From: an uncultured delta proteobacterium
GTDB lineage: Bacteria > Myxococcota_A > Polyangia > Polyangiales > JAFGIB01
NCBI GenBank assembly: GCA_963778655.1
Contig: CAVZVA010000003.1
Coordinates: forward strand, 768,001-832,000
Direction of reading: 5' to 3'
Length of the DNA stretch: 64,000 bases
Shown here: piece by piece, positions 10,424 through 20,675 of the stretch
Layout of the letters: each line of letters begins with the position of its first letter
Numbering within the stretch: position 1 is the stretch's first letter
The notes under the pieces: generated by a model
Databases searched by the model: none
Told to the model about the DNA's origin: nothing
Seen by the model: the letters and a program-made list of their open reading frames with translations, nothing else
Made by a program: the position numbers and the translations under genes

Positions 10424-11797
10424 TCATGGTGCCGTACCCGGACCAGCTCGCAAAGGGGCGCCTGCGGGCGGCTGCGCGTGGGCACAAAGGGCCCCGATCA
10501 GCGCCAGCGCCCGATCGCGCTCGCAGCGCGCGGCCAGCCGCCTGCGCCCGGGCATGGCCGCGCCGCGCAGCCCGGCGGCCAGAGCCGCGGGCGCGGCGCC
10601 GTGGGTGACCATCAGCTCGAGCAGCAAGGCGCGCAGATTGCGGCGGTACAGCAGGGCATCGAGCGCGCGCCGCAGCGCCCACAGCACAACGACGGCCGGC
10701 GGCCCCGCCAGCAAGCCGGTCACGCCGATCCGCCACAACGCGGCCGCGAACGCGGCGGCCGCCAGCACGCGCGCTCCGAGCCACACGCGCTGCAGCGGAT
10801 CGCCCCAAACCGCCCGCGCGCCACCCGCCAGCGGCGCCTGCAGCGCCTGCGGCGCGCACGGCGGCGGCCCGCACAGCTCGTCGAAGGCGCGGCCGAGCGT
10901 GCCTTGCAGCCAGGCCGACAGCGGCGGCGACACCCTCACGACCTCGTCCGCGCAGCGCAGGTAGTCGCGCGGCCGCGCGCGCAAGTCCGCCTGCAGCTCG
11001 GCGTACACCCGGCGCCCGCTTGCGCGGCTCAGCAGCCAGGCGCCGCGCAGGGCGCGCTCCAGCGGCGGCGGCCAGCTCTGCTCGCGGCACGCCTCGTCCC
11101 AGCCGACCTGCAGCCGGTAGGCGTCACACAGCAAGGCAAACGGCTCGGGGCCAGCCAGCCCCTGCGCGCTCGGCGGCCCGGCCGAAGCCAGCGGAACGCC
11201 GTAGCGCGGCGCCAGCACCAGCACGCGCGCCGGATAGCGCCACACCACCGCCGCCATCACCGCCAGCGCCACGCGCTGCAGCTCGGGGTCCTGCTGCGCG
11301 CCGCGGTGCAGGGCGGGATCCTCGATCTCCGCGAGCGCGCCGGCCGGCTCGAGCAGCAGCTGCTGCTCGAGGCGCAGGCACAACAGCTCGCGGGCCGCCC
11401 TGCGATCGGGTTGCTGCTCGAGCACGGCCCAACCGATCTGCAGCCGCGCCAGATACGCGCGCAGCGCCGAAACGGGCAGCAGCCCGGGCAGCCGCCCCGC
11501 GACCGGTACGCCGGCCGAGAGCGCACGCGTGAGCCACGCCTGCCACGCCTCGCCGCCGGGCGCCGCGCTGCGCTCCACGCGGATCGCGTCCAGAAACAGC
11601 CCGGCCTCGCGCTCACCCGCCGCCACGCGCTTGGCCAGCAGCACGCGCGCGCGCTCGAAGTTGCCCTGCTCGACCAGCACCCCGATCTGTCGCTCCGCGA
11701 AGTCCTCTGCCCGCGGCTCGGGCGGCGCCTCGCTCCACGCCAGCTCCGGCTCGAACACCCGCGAGCTTGTCTCCAGCGGCCGCTGCTCCAGGCGCAT
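10424..11797 (-). CDS. Hypothetical helical protein with two C-terminal TM segments
   Basis: Starts 7 nt after the ParB-like gene stop; Leu/Ala-rich; hydrophobic stretch near the C-terminus. Confidence 0.55.
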   Translation of the reverse strand: MRLEQRPLETSSRVFEPELAWSEAPPEPRAEDFAERQIGVLVEQGNFERARVLLAKRVAAGEREAGLFLDAIRVERSAAPGGEAWQAWLTRALSAGVPVAGRLPGLLPVSALRAYLARLQIGWAVLEQQPDRRAARELLCLRLEQQLLLEPAGALAEIEDPALHRGAQQDPELQRVALAVMAAVVWRYPARVLVLAPRYGVPLASAGPPSAQGLAGPEPFALLCDAYRLQVGWDEACREQSWPPPLERALRGAWLLSRASGRRVYAELQADLRARPRDYLRCADEVVRVSPPLSAWLQGTLGRAFDELCGPPPCAPQALQAPLAGGARAVWGDPLQRVWLGARVLAAAAFAAALWRIGVTGLLAGPPAVVVLWALRRALDALLYRRNLRALLLELMVTHGAAPAALAAGLRGAAMPGRRRLAARCERDRALALIGALCAHAQPPAGAPLRAGPGTAP

Positions 11798-11804
11798 CCC
11801 CGGC

Positions 11805-12797
11805 TCAGTCTTCTTCGGGCGCCGCGCCGCCGCTGCGCGCCAGATCGGACGCCTGCACGCGTTCGAGCTTGAGCCCGCGCGCGCGCTTCTGCATCGTGTC
11901 CAGCAGCGCGTCGAAGCTCGGCAGCTCGCCCTTGATGAAGCGCAGCGGGTTGATGCGGGCGACCACGAAGCTGCGCAGGTAGGGGCTGTTGAGCCCGCGC
12001 GCCTTGAGCTTCTGCACCGCATCGGTCACGGCTTCGTCGAGCTCGAGCACGCGCCCGGCGCGCCGTTCCCGTTCCTGCAGTGCGGCGTGCAACGGCTGCT
12101 GCAGGAAGGCGTCCACCTTGCGCAGCGCCGGATGGTACGCACCGCCGGACAGCCGTCCCTTCTGCTGGTACGCGAAGCCCAGCGTGACCAGCGCCGGTTC
12201 CTCGAACTCCAGCTCGTAGTCGCTCTCCTTGCGCGCGGAGCCTGTCTGCGTCTCCAGGCCGGCGAGGTCGCGGTACATGCGCACCACCTCGAGCGCGCGC
12301 TCGCGCAGGTTGTGGGCCTTCTCGATGTTGAGCGCGAGGATCTGGTAGGCGACCTCGCGTTCCGGCACCAGCAGCGCCGTGATCGCGGAGGCGCCGAGCT
12401 CCTTCATGGCGACCAGGCGGTGGTGTCCGTTGGGCGTGAGGTATTGCCCGTCGTGGCGCACGGCGATGATCGGATCGAGAAAGCGCCGCGTCTTGTCCAT
12501 CGCCCGCATCAGCTTGCGCACATGCGCCTCGGACACGTCGCGCTGAAACGGCGTGGCCGCCACGCGCTCGATCGGCAGCGCCACCAACAACAGCGCGTGC
12601 CCGCCGAGCGGCTCGCGGTAAGCGCCGATCAGCGCGCCGCCGTCGCCCACCACCGTGTCCACGAGCGCGCGCAGCTCGGCGCCCAGCTCGCCGAGCGCTA
12701 TGGGCAGCGCGCTCGGCGCGACCTGCACCGGCTCGATCGACACCCGGCGTTTCTTCCGGGTCCCCTTTTTCTTCGGGGTTTTTCGCGCGGTCGCCAT
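11805..12797 (-). CDS. ParB/Sulfiredoxin N-terminal domain protein (no parA nearby)
   Basis: TPFQRD..LDPIIAVR..YLTPNGHHRLVA..LALNIEK, preceded by a basic N-terminal tail. Confidence 0.8.
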   Translation of the reverse strand: MATARKTPKKKGTRKKRRVSIEPVQVAPSALPIALGELGAELRALVDTVVGDGGALIGAYREPLGGHALLLVALPIERVAATPFQRDVSEAHVRKLMRAMDKTRRFLDPIIAVRHDGQYLTPNGHHRLVAMKELGASAITALLVPEREVAYQILALNIEKAHNLRERALEVVRMYRDLAGLETQTGSARKESDYELEFEEPALVTLGFAYQQKGRLSGGAYHPALRKVDAFLQQPLHAALQERERRAGRVLELDEAVTDAVQKLKARGLNSPYLRSFVVARINPLRFIKGELPSFDALLDTMQKRARGLKLERVQASDLARSGGAAPEED

Positions 12798-13177
12798 CGG
12801 GATCGCGGGTCAGGTTATATCGGGTCGCGGCGGCCCTGGATACGCGCCGCGAAGTGGGCCGCCGGGGCCAGGCCAAGGCTCGGTCCCGCGAGATCCCCGG
12901 CAGTTGCTACGGGGCCGAGCGCGGGCTGGCCGTCCCGGACCACCCCTTGCAGCGGCCGCGACAGCCGGCTGACAGCAGGCCCACCCGCCCGCACACGAGC
13001 GCGCGCCGCACACTTTGTGCTCACGCCCTCTTGTCGAATGTGCAAAGATGGTTCAGTGTCCCCATTTAGTCACATCGGGTCATGCCGCGCGGCTCGCATC
13101 GTTCGCGTGCCTGCGAGTCGCGCTCCGAACGTGACCGGCCCACATCCACTGCGAGCAGCTCACAGGACAGAGTCACC

Positions 13178-15067
13178 ATGAAAGTCGTATGTGACGCCTG
13201 CCAGGCGAAGTACCAGATCCCCGATGAACGCGTCGCTGGGCGCAAGCTCAAGATCCGCTGCCGCAAGTGCGGCGCCACCATCACGGTGCGAGGCGACCAC
13301 GACGTAGCGGGCGCGACCAGCTCGCCGCGTGAAGCCGCGCACGAGCAGACGCCGTGGCACGTGAGCCTGGACGGCGAGCAGCACGGCCCCTACGCCAGCG
13401 AACAGATGGCGAACATGCTGCGCGCAGGTCAGCTGCCGTGGGACGCGCACGTGTGGCGCGAGGGCTACAGCGACTGGAAGACTGCCGCGGAGTCCGACAC
13501 CCTGGTACGTGCGGTCGCTGTCGCGGGCGACGAAGCGCCCACCATGGCGGTGGCGCACCCGAGCGCTCCGCCGACCGATCCCAGCTACGCGCCCGCGTTC
13601 ACCGGCGAGGACACGCCCGCGCGCATGCTGCAGTCGAGCCCCTCGCTGGCCGAAACGCTGCAACCTTCGGCGCGCAGCGCCTTCGCCGCGCGCTCGGCGG
13701 CGCGCGCCAGCCAACCGCCCCACGCTTTCGCCGCCTCGCTGGGCTCGAGCCCCGCGCTCGAGCAAACGCACCCGAGCCAGCCGCCCGAAATGTACGCCCA
13801 GCAAGCCCGCGGCTTCGACTCGGCCCCCACGTTCTCGAGCGCGCGGCCGGTTCAGCTCACGGGCGAGCGCAACGAGGACTCGGTGTTGTTCTCGGCGCGC
13901 AGCCTGAGCATGCCTGGCGCCTCGGCGCCGCCCCAGCCACGCGGCGGCTTCGCCGGCGGTGAAGGCTCGGGGTTGATCGACATCCGCGCGCTCGCGGCGC
14001 TGGCGCGCGGCGGCGCGCAAGACGCGACCACGCCCGTACCGCTGCCGGGCAACGGGGGAAGCGGGCGTCCGCCGCGCGACGAGACGCTGGTGCTCGCCAG
14101 CCAGACCGGCGCTTTCGGCAACCTCGACAGCCTGGCGCCGATCGATCGCCCCTCGACGCGCCCCAACAAGGCGGTGCCGTTCGCGATCCTGGCCGGCTCG
14201 GGGATGATCGCGGTGGCCGCAGTGGCCGCGGTCTACCTGCTGCGCCCGCAGCCGGCACCGACGCGGGTGGCGGTGGCTGCGCCGGTCGCGCCGGTGGCGG
14301 AGCCGGCGGCGGCGCCACAGGCCGCGCTGCCGAGCGAGCCGGCGCCCGCAGCAACGGAGCCCGCGCCCCAAGCGCAGCAGCCGGCGGCCGCGCCCGAGGC
14401 GGAGCCGGAGCCTGCCGCGGAGCCCGTGCACGCGAGCAAGCCGGTCCGAGTCGCGAACGTCAGGCACGCGCGCGCCGCCGCCGCGGTGAGCGCGAAGGTC
14501 GCCAAAGCCAAGCCGGCGCCCAAGGACGCGCTCGAGGACGCGGTCGCCGACAACGCCAAGGTTGCGAAGAAGGAGCCGTCGCCATCGATCGACGATCTGC
14601 TCGGCGACAAGAAGCCGGCAGCCAAGGCCGAGCCGACCAAGAGCCCGGCTCCCGATCCGCTGGCCGACGACACGCCGCTGCCCAAGCCCAAGGAGCCCGC
14701 GCGCAGCCGCAGCATCGACGAGCTGCTCGACGACGCGGTGCCCGGCAAGAATGGCGCGGCCGCGCCCGAGGCGGCTGCCGCGAGCGCGGCGTTGCCGGAG
14801 GCGCCGACCCGCGATCAGGTGCTCGCGGCGATGCACGGCGTCGAGCCCGCGGTGCAGGCGTGCGCCGAAGGACAGACGCTGGAGGCGAGCAGCGCGACCG
14901 TGTCGATCACGGTCATCGGCTTCACCGGAAAGGTATCGAGCGTGCGCGTCAACGGCGTGGGCGGCTCGGTCGGCTCGTGCATTGCGCGCGCCGTGCGCGG
15001 TGCGGGTTTCCCCAAGTTCGCCAAGGCGAATTTCAGCATCAACTTCCCGTTCAAGCTCCAGAAGTAG
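13178..15067 (+). CDS. GltJ/AgmX-like protein: zinc ribbon, GYF_2 domain, TM, Pro/Ala linker, TonB-C-like C-terminus
   Basis: [56 protein letters not shown]-terminus [20 protein letters not shown]. Confidence 0.85.
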   Translation: MKVVCDACQAKYQIPDERVAGRKLKIRCRKCGATITVRGDHDVAGATSSPREAAHEQTPWHVSLDGEQHGPYASEQMANMLRAGQLPWDAHVWREGYSDWKTAAESDTLVRAVAVAGDEAPTMAVAHPSAPPTDPSYAPAFTGEDTPARMLQSSPSLAETLQPSARSAFAARSAARASQPPHAFAASLGSSPALEQTHPSQPPEMYAQQARGFDSAPTFSSARPVQLTGERNEDSVLFSARSLSMPGASAPPQPRGGFAGGEGSGLIDIRALAALARGGAQDATTPVPLPGNGGSGRPPRDETLVLASQTGAFGNLDSLAPIDRPSTRPNKAVPFAILAGSGMIAVAAVAAVYLLRPQPAPTRVAVAAPVAPVAEPAAAPQAALPSEPAPAATEPAPQAQQPAAAPEAEPEPAAEPVHASKPVRVANVRHARAAAAVSAKVAKAKPAPKDALEDAVADNAKVAKKEPSPSIDDLLGDKKPAAKAEPTKSPAPDPLADDTPLPKPKEPARSRSIDELLDDAVPGKNGAAAPEAAAASAALPEAPTRDQVLAAMHGVEPAVQACAEGQTLEASSATVSITVIGFTGKVSSVRVNGVGGSVGSCIARAVRGAGFPKFAKANFSINFPFKLQK

Positions 15068-15153
15068 CGAGGCCGCGCCTCGCGGCCAGCGCGGGCGCGC
15101 CTCCTCTTGCACAACGCGCGGGAGCGGGGAAGAGTGGACGGGCTGCGAGCCTC

Positions 15154-15801
15154 ATGTTCACGCGCGCCAAGAACAAGCTGCCGACGCCCGAGACCGCGCT
15201 GCCCGGCCGCAGCGAGCGCATGCCGGCGAGCGCGCACCACTTCGTCAAGGGCAGCCCGATGCAGCCGCCCTGGCCCGGTGCCGAGCTCGCGATGTTCGCG
15301 ATGGGCTGCTTCTGGGGCGCGGAGCGCAAGCTGTGGCAGGCGCCGGGTGTGCTGAGCACACAGGTCGGCTACGCCGCGGGTCTGACGCCCAACCCCAGCT
15401 ACGAGGAAGTCTGCAGCGGCCTGACCGGGCACGCAGAGGTGGTACGGGTCGCGTTCGATCCCGAGCAGACGTCGTACGAGGCGCTGCTCAAGCTGTTCTG
15501 GGAGAATCACGATCCGACCCAGGGTATGCGCCAGGGCAACGACGTCGGCACGCAGTACCGTTCCGGCATCTACGTTTTCTCCGCAGCACAGCGCCGCGCG
15601 GCCGAGGCCAGCCGCGACGTATACCAGCGGCTGCTCTCGGCCCGGGGCCATGGCGCGATCACCACCGAGATCCGCGAAGCGCCCGAATTCTACTACGCCG
15701 AGGACTACCACCAGCAGTACCTGGCCAAGAACCCAGACGGCTACTGCGGCCTCGGCGGAACCGGCGTCAGCTGTCCCGTCGGCATCAGCGACCCGGCATG
15801 A
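15154..15801 (+). CDS. msrA: Peptide methionine sulfoxide reductase A
   Basis: [33 protein letters not shown]. Confidence 0.97.
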   Translation: MFTRAKNKLPTPETALPGRSERMPASAHHFVKGSPMQPPWPGAELAMFAMGCFWGAERKLWQAPGVLSTQVGYAAGLTPNPSYEEVCSGLTGHAEVVRVAFDPEQTSYEALLKLFWENHDPTQGMRQGNDVGTQYRSGIYVFSAAQRRAAEASRDVYQRLLSARGHGAITTEIREAPEFYYAEDYHQQYLAKNPDGYCGLGGTGVSCPVGISDPA

Positions 15802-16997
15802 GCGACGCGGCCACGCCAACGCACGCGGCCGAGCGGCCGCTCGAGGGTCTGCGCGTGCTCGATCTCTCGCGCGTGCTGGCCGGACCGTACGTCGGCCGCA
15901 TGCTGGCCGATCTCGGGGCCGACGTGGTCAAGCTCGAGCCGCCCGAGGGCGACGTGACGCGCAAGTGGGGCAAGCGGATCGCCGGCCTCTCCGGCTACTA
16001 CACTCAGCAGAACGTCGGCAAGCGCGGGCTGTGCGTGGACCTGCGTGCGCCGGGCGGGCCCGAGCTGGTGGCCCGATTGGCCGAGCGCGCCGATGTCCTG
16101 ATCGAGAACTTCCGACCGGGCGTGATGGAGCAGCACGGCCTCGACTTCGAGCGCCTGCACGGCCGCAACCCGCGGCTGGTGATGCTGTCGATCAGCGGCT
16201 TCGGTCAGCACGGCACGGAAGCCAAGCGCCCCGCCTACGCGTCGGTGGTGCACGCGGAGAGCGGGATCGTCGAGCGCCAGGCCGCGCTCACCTCCGCGCG
16301 GCCGGTCGATCCGCCGATCTCGGTTGCGGACATGAACGCGGCGCTGCACGGACTGGTCGGGCTGCTCAGCGCGCTGCTGCTGCGCGCGCGCAGCGGCCGC
16401 GGTCAGCACGTCGACATCAGCATGCTCGAGAGCATGCTGGCCACCGACGACTACGTGCACCTCGCGCTCGACGGCGTGCGCGCGCGCGAGGGGGTGGTAG
16501 TCAACGAGGTGTGGGACGTAGCGGGCGGTCCGATCGTGCTGGCCGGCGACTTCCGTTGGGTGTGGCAGCGCCTGCACGCGACCCACGGCTTGCAGGACAC
16601 CACACCGCGGGGCGCGTCGATCGAGGTCAAGGCGGCACACCGGCATGCCGTGGTGGGCGCGTTCCTGGGGCGCTTCGAGGATCGCGCCGAGCTACTGCGC
16701 GCGCTCTCGGACGCCGAGCTCGCCTTCGGCGAGGTCAAGCACACGAAGGACGCGCTGCGCTCGCCGGCGCTGCGCGCGCGCGGCGCGATCGCGCGGGTCG
16801 ACGATCGCGGCGGCGGCACGCGCGAGGTGATCCAGTCGCCCTACCGCTTCTCCGACGCGGACAGCGGCGTGCGCAGCGGCGCTCCCCATCGCGGCGAGCA
16901 CAACCGGGAGGTGCTGCGGCAATGGCTGACCGCCGGTGACGCCGAGCTCGACGCGCTGGAAGCCGCCGGCGTACTGATCGCAAAGACGCGCGAGTGA
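15798..16997 (+). CDS. CaiB/BaiF (family III) CoA transferase
   Basis: [43 protein letters not shown] overlap with msrA. Confidence 0.92.
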   Translation: MSDAATPTHAAERPLEGLRVLDLSRVLAGPYVGRMLADLGADVVKLEPPEGDVTRKWGKRIAGLSGYYTQQNVGKRGLCVDLRAPGGPELVARLAERADVLIENFRPGVMEQHGLDFERLHGRNPRLVMLSISGFGQHGTEAKRPAYASVVHAESGIVERQAALTSARPVDPPISVADMNAALHGLVGLLSALLLRARSGRGQHVDISMLESMLATDDYVHLALDGVRAREGVVVNEVWDVAGGPIVLAGDFRWVWQRLHATHGLQDTTPRGASIEVKAAHRHAVVGAFLGRFEDRAELLRALSDAELAFGEVKHTKDALRSPALRARGAIARVDDRGGGTREVIQSPYRFSDADSGVRSGAPHRGEHNREVLRQWLTAGDAELDALEAAGVLIAKTRE

Positions 16998-17035
16998 CCG
17001 ATCGGCATGGCCGTTGCCGACTCGTGATCGGTCAT

Positions 17036-17653
17036 TTAGAAATGTCCGCGCAAGCCCGGGCCGAAGGCGGTGGGGCCGCCGCGGACCGGCGCCACCGTCA
17101 GCGTGAGCTGCAGCCCCCGTGCCTGCTCGGCGCTGGCGGCGCGCCGCCGCCGGCTGCCTGCGCCCTCGATCACGCCGAACACCACACCCACGGCCGCGCC
17201 GGCCAGGGTACCGATCGAAAGCCCGATCAGCACGTCCTTGGCGTGGCCGGAGCCGGCCCAAAACAGCGCGCCCACCGCCGCACCGGTTAGCGTGCCGAGC
17301 ATCGAGGCGTAGCCCATGTCGCGCAGCACGAACCAACCGGTGCCGGGCGCGCCGTCGGCTGCATCGACCATTGCAAGCGCCAGCCCCGTCCCCACGCCGG
17401 CCACCGCACCGATCCCGGCCCCGAGCACCAGCTTGCGCCATTCCCGCGACTCGTAGCGCCGTCCAGTGGACAGATAGCCCACCGCCAACCCCAGCTCGGC
17501 CCCGGTCCAAAAGCCGCGAAACCCGTAGGACAGCAGCGAGACCGCGTCCGTGGTCGAGCGCGTTCGCTCCTGCGCCCGGCCCCGCGCAGGCGACCACAGC
17601 ACGGCGGCGAGCACGAGCAGCGGCAGCATACGGCGAAGCGCGGACACACCCAT
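17036..17653 (-). CDS. Exported glycine-zipper-like membrane protein ending ..GLRGHF
   Basis: Signal peptide, four Gly-rich hydrophobic helices, terminal Phe. Confidence 0.7.
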   Translation of the reverse strand: MGVSALRRMLPLLVLAAVLWSPARGRAQERTRSTTDAVSLLSYGFRGFWTGAELGLAVGYLSTGRRYESREWRKLVLGAGIGAVAGVGTGLALAMVDAADGAPGTGWFVLRDMGYASMLGTLTGAAVGALFWAGSGHAKDVLIGLSIGTLAGAAVGVVFGVIEGAGSRRRRAASAEQARGLQLTLTVAPVRGGPTAFGPGLRGHF

Positions 17654-17778
17654 CGTCAGATCCTCAGTGTGGAGGAATGGGGGGCATCATGCCACTCGCG
17701 TTCACCACAGTGCGTGGTGCGAGCCAAAAGCGCCCGCGATTTGCACTTTGGCGGCGCGCCCGTCAAGCTCCGGCGCAG

Positions 17779-19392
17779 ATGGATGCGGTGGCCCAGGCGC
17801 CAAGCCCGACAGCGCAACGGCCCGCAGTCAACAAGTGGCTGGTCACGGTCTCGGTGACCTTCGGCACGCTGATGGGCACGATCGACGCGTCGATTGTCAA
17901 CGTCGCCATCCCCCACATGCGCGGCGCGGTCGGCGCCACGGTGCAGGAGATCACCTGGGTCACCACCGGCTTCGCGCTCGCCAACGTGCTGGTGATGCCG
18001 CTGACCGCGTTCCTGGGCCGCATGTTCGGGCAGAAGCGCGTGTACATGTTCTGCCTCGGGCTGTTCGTGCTGGGCTCGGCGCTCTGCGGCACCGCGCGCT
18101 CGCTGACGTCGCTGGTCGCCTTTCGCGTGCTGCAGGGCTTCGGCGCCGGCGCCTTGCAGCCGACCGAGCAGGCGATCCTGCGCCAGACCTTCCCGCTCGA
18201 AGAGCAGGGCATGGCGATGGCGCTGTTCAGCATGGCGATCATGGTGGGCCCCGCGGTCGGCCCCACGCTCGGCGGCGTGATCGTCGACAACTGGAGCTGG
18301 CCCTGGATCTTCTACATCAACCTCCCGATCGGCCTGCTCGGGCTGGTGATGGTCGGCACCTTCGTGCATGAGGATCCGGAGATCCTGGCCAAGAACCGCG
18401 ATCTGGCCGAACGCCAGCGCGCCAACGTCGACTGGATGGGCATCGCGCTGCTGTGTGTGGCGCTGGCGGCTCTGCAGTACTTCCTCGAGGAAGGCGCGCG
18501 CGACGACTGGTTCGACTCCCGCGTCATCACCTCGTTCTTCATCGTCGCGCTGGTGGCCGGCGCCGCGTTCGTGCTGCGCGAGCTGACCGCGCCGGTGCCG
18601 GCCGTAAACATTCGCCTGTTCAAGGACGAGGTCTTTCTGTCGGGCACTCTGATCAGCGCGGTGATGTTCGCGCTGCTTTTGTCCAACATGTTCCTGCTGC
18701 CGTTGTTCATGCAGGAGTACCTCGGCTTCAGTGCCACCCAGAGCGGCATCGCGCTGATGCCGCGCGTGCTCGTCATGATGGTGACCACGCCGATCGTGGG
18801 CAGGCTCTACAATCACGTCTCGCCGCGCTTGATGGTCTCGATCGGCGTTGCGTTCTTCGCCTACGGCGCCTACGACATGAGCCATCTCACCCTCGGCAGC
18901 GGCGCCTCGGACGTGATCGCCGCGATCGTTGTGCAGGGGGTCGGCTTCGCCTGCTTGTTCGTGCCGCTGACCACGGTCTCGCTGGCCTCGATCCCCAAGC
19001 ACTTGATGCCGGACGCGACCGGCCTCAACTCGCTGCTGCGGCAGATCGGCGGCTCGGTCGGGCTGGCGATCTTCGCCACACTACTCGCGACCTACGGCGT
19101 CGACGCCAGGGCGTCGCTGAGCGCGCACCTGACCCCCGAGAGCCTCGAGCTGCAGCAGCGGCTCGGCACCATCCAGCACGCTCTCATTCAGCACGGCATG
19201 GACGCGGTGTCCGCCCACACGGCCGCGCTGCGCGCGCTGGCCAGGTCGGTGCAGCGGCAGGCGGCCACCCTGGCCTTCGATAAGCTATTCTTACTGGCCG
19301 GCGTCACCTTCCTGTGCGCGCTGCCGCTGGTGTTGTTCCTGAAGTCCCCCAGCGCCGACGCCAAGCCGGTCGAGGCTCAGCTCGAGCTGTAG
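17779..19392 (+). CDS. DHA2-family MFS efflux permease (EmrB/QacA)
   Basis: IDASIVNVAIP, FRVLQGFGAG, GPTLGG, WIFYINLPIG, LLRQIGGSVG. Confidence 0.93.
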   Translation: MDAVAQAPSPTAQRPAVNKWLVTVSVTFGTLMGTIDASIVNVAIPHMRGAVGATVQEITWVTTGFALANVLVMPLTAFLGRMFGQKRVYMFCLGLFVLGSALCGTARSLTSLVAFRVLQGFGAGALQPTEQAILRQTFPLEEQGMAMALFSMAIMVGPAVGPTLGGVIVDNWSWPWIFYINLPIGLLGLVMVGTFVHEDPEILAKNRDLAERQRANVDWMGIALLCVALAALQYFLEEGARDDWFDSRVITSFFIVALVAGAAFVLRELTAPVPAVNIRLFKDEVFLSGTLISAVMFALLLSNMFLLPLFMQEYLGFSATQSGIALMPRVLVMMVTTPIVGRLYNHVSPRLMVSIGVAFFAYGAYDMSHLTLGSGASDVIAAIVVQGVGFACLFVPLTTVSLASIPKHLMPDATGLNSLLRQIGGSVGLAIFATLLATYGVDARASLSAHLTPESLELQQRLGTIQHALIQHGMDAVSAHTAALRALARSVQRQAATLAFDKLFLLAGVTFLCALPLVLFLKSPSADAKPVEAQLEL

Positions 19393-19411
19393 AATCCGAG
19401 GATCGGTCCGC

Positions 19412-20647
19412 ATGAACGACGTCGCCCGAGCCAAACCGCTGCAGAAAGTGGCGCCCGCCCCCGCGCCGAGCGTACGCAGCAGCCGCCGCCCATTCGCGAT
19501 CCTGGCGATAGTCGTGCTGCTGGGCCTGTCCGGCCTCGGCGTCTACATGCTCGTGACCGCGGGTCAGGTGAGCACCGACGACGCGCAGGTGGATGCCGAC
19601 GTCGTCCCGCTCGCGCCGCGCATCGGGGGGGCCGTGCGCAAGCTGCTGGTGGCCGAGAACCAGCGCGTGAAGGCCGGCCAGCTGCTGCTCCAACTCGACG
19701 ACGCGGACGAAAAGGCCCGGGTCGATCAGGCCGAGGCGGATCTCGCCGTTGCACAGGCGCAGGTGGAGGCCGCCGAGGCGCAGGAGCAAGTGGTCACGGC
19801 CAGCGCGACCGGCGGCCTGCACAGCGCCAAGGCGCAGGTCTCGAGCTCGCAAGTGGACGTGCAGAGCGCCGAGTCCCGGATCAAAGTGGCGCGCGCCGAG
19901 CTCGAGCACGCGCAGGCCAATGCGCGCAAGAGCGGGCTCGATCTGGCGCGCATCCAGCAGCTGCGCGCGGGCAACGCCATCGCGCAGGACCAGCTCGACA
20001 GCGCCCAAGCCGCGGACGACTCCGCGCGCGCGGCCTTGAGCCAGGCCGAAGCCGCGCTGGCCGCCGCCGAAGACGCCAAGCGCGGCGCGGTCAGCCGCGT
20101 GGCCGAGGCGCAGGGCAAGCTCGCCGCCAGCACCCCGATCGAGGCTCAGATCTCCGCCGCGCACGCGCAGGCGGCCCTCGCCCGCGCGCGCGTGCAATCG
20201 ATGCAGGCCGCGCTCCGGTTGGCCAAGCTGCAGCTCTCGTACACGCAGGCCAGCGCCCCGCAGGACGGCATGGTCTCGAACCTGTCCGTGCACGAGGGCC
20301 AGCTCGTGGGCGCGAAGCAACCGTTCGCGGAGCTGGTGCCGGATACGAGCTACGTGGTGGCGAACTTCAAGGAAACCCAGATCGGCGCCATGCACCCGGG
20401 CGATCGCGCCGACGTGGTGCTCGACGCCTACCCCGGCCATCACTTCGAAGGCGCAGTGGAAAGCCTGGCGGGTGGTACCGGGGCGCGTTTCTCGCTCATG
20501 CCGCCCGACAACGCCTCGGGCAACTTCGTCAAGGTCGTGCAGCGTGTCCCGGTCCGGATCGCGTGGAAGACGCCGCCCGGCGTGCCCCTGCGCGCCGGGC
20601 TGTCGGCGGACGTGACGGTGTTCGTCGGCAAAGCGCCCGCGAAGTGA
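19412..20647 (+). CDS. HlyD/EmrA-family membrane fusion protein
   Basis: VSTDDAQV, coiled coil, VANFKETQI, PPDNASGNFVKVVQRVPVRI. Confidence 0.93.
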   Translation: MNDVARAKPLQKVAPAPAPSVRSSRRPFAILAIVVLLGLSGLGVYMLVTAGQVSTDDAQVDADVVPLAPRIGGAVRKLLVAENQRVKAGQLLLQLDDADEKARVDQAEADLAVAQAQVEAAEAQEQVVTASATGGLHSAKAQVSSSQVDVQSAESRIKVARAELEHAQANARKSGLDLARIQQLRAGNAIAQDQLDSAQAADDSARAALSQAEAALAAAEDAKRGAVSRVAEAQGKLAASTPIEAQISAAHAQAALARARVQSMQAALRLAKLQLSYTQASAPQDGMVSNLSVHEGQLVGAKQPFAELVPDTSYVVANFKETQIGAMHPGDRADVVLDAYPGHHFEGAVESLAGGTGARFSLMPPDNASGNFVKVVQRVPVRIAWKTPPGVPLRAGLSADVTVFVGKAPAK

Positions 20648-20675
20648 GCGCGCGCGACGGGCGAGGCACCGAAAT

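Noticed and set aside
17779..20647. EmrB-EmrA pair as a novel resistance island
   Set aside because: Ordinary DHA2/MFP pair with host-like composition and no mobility genes.
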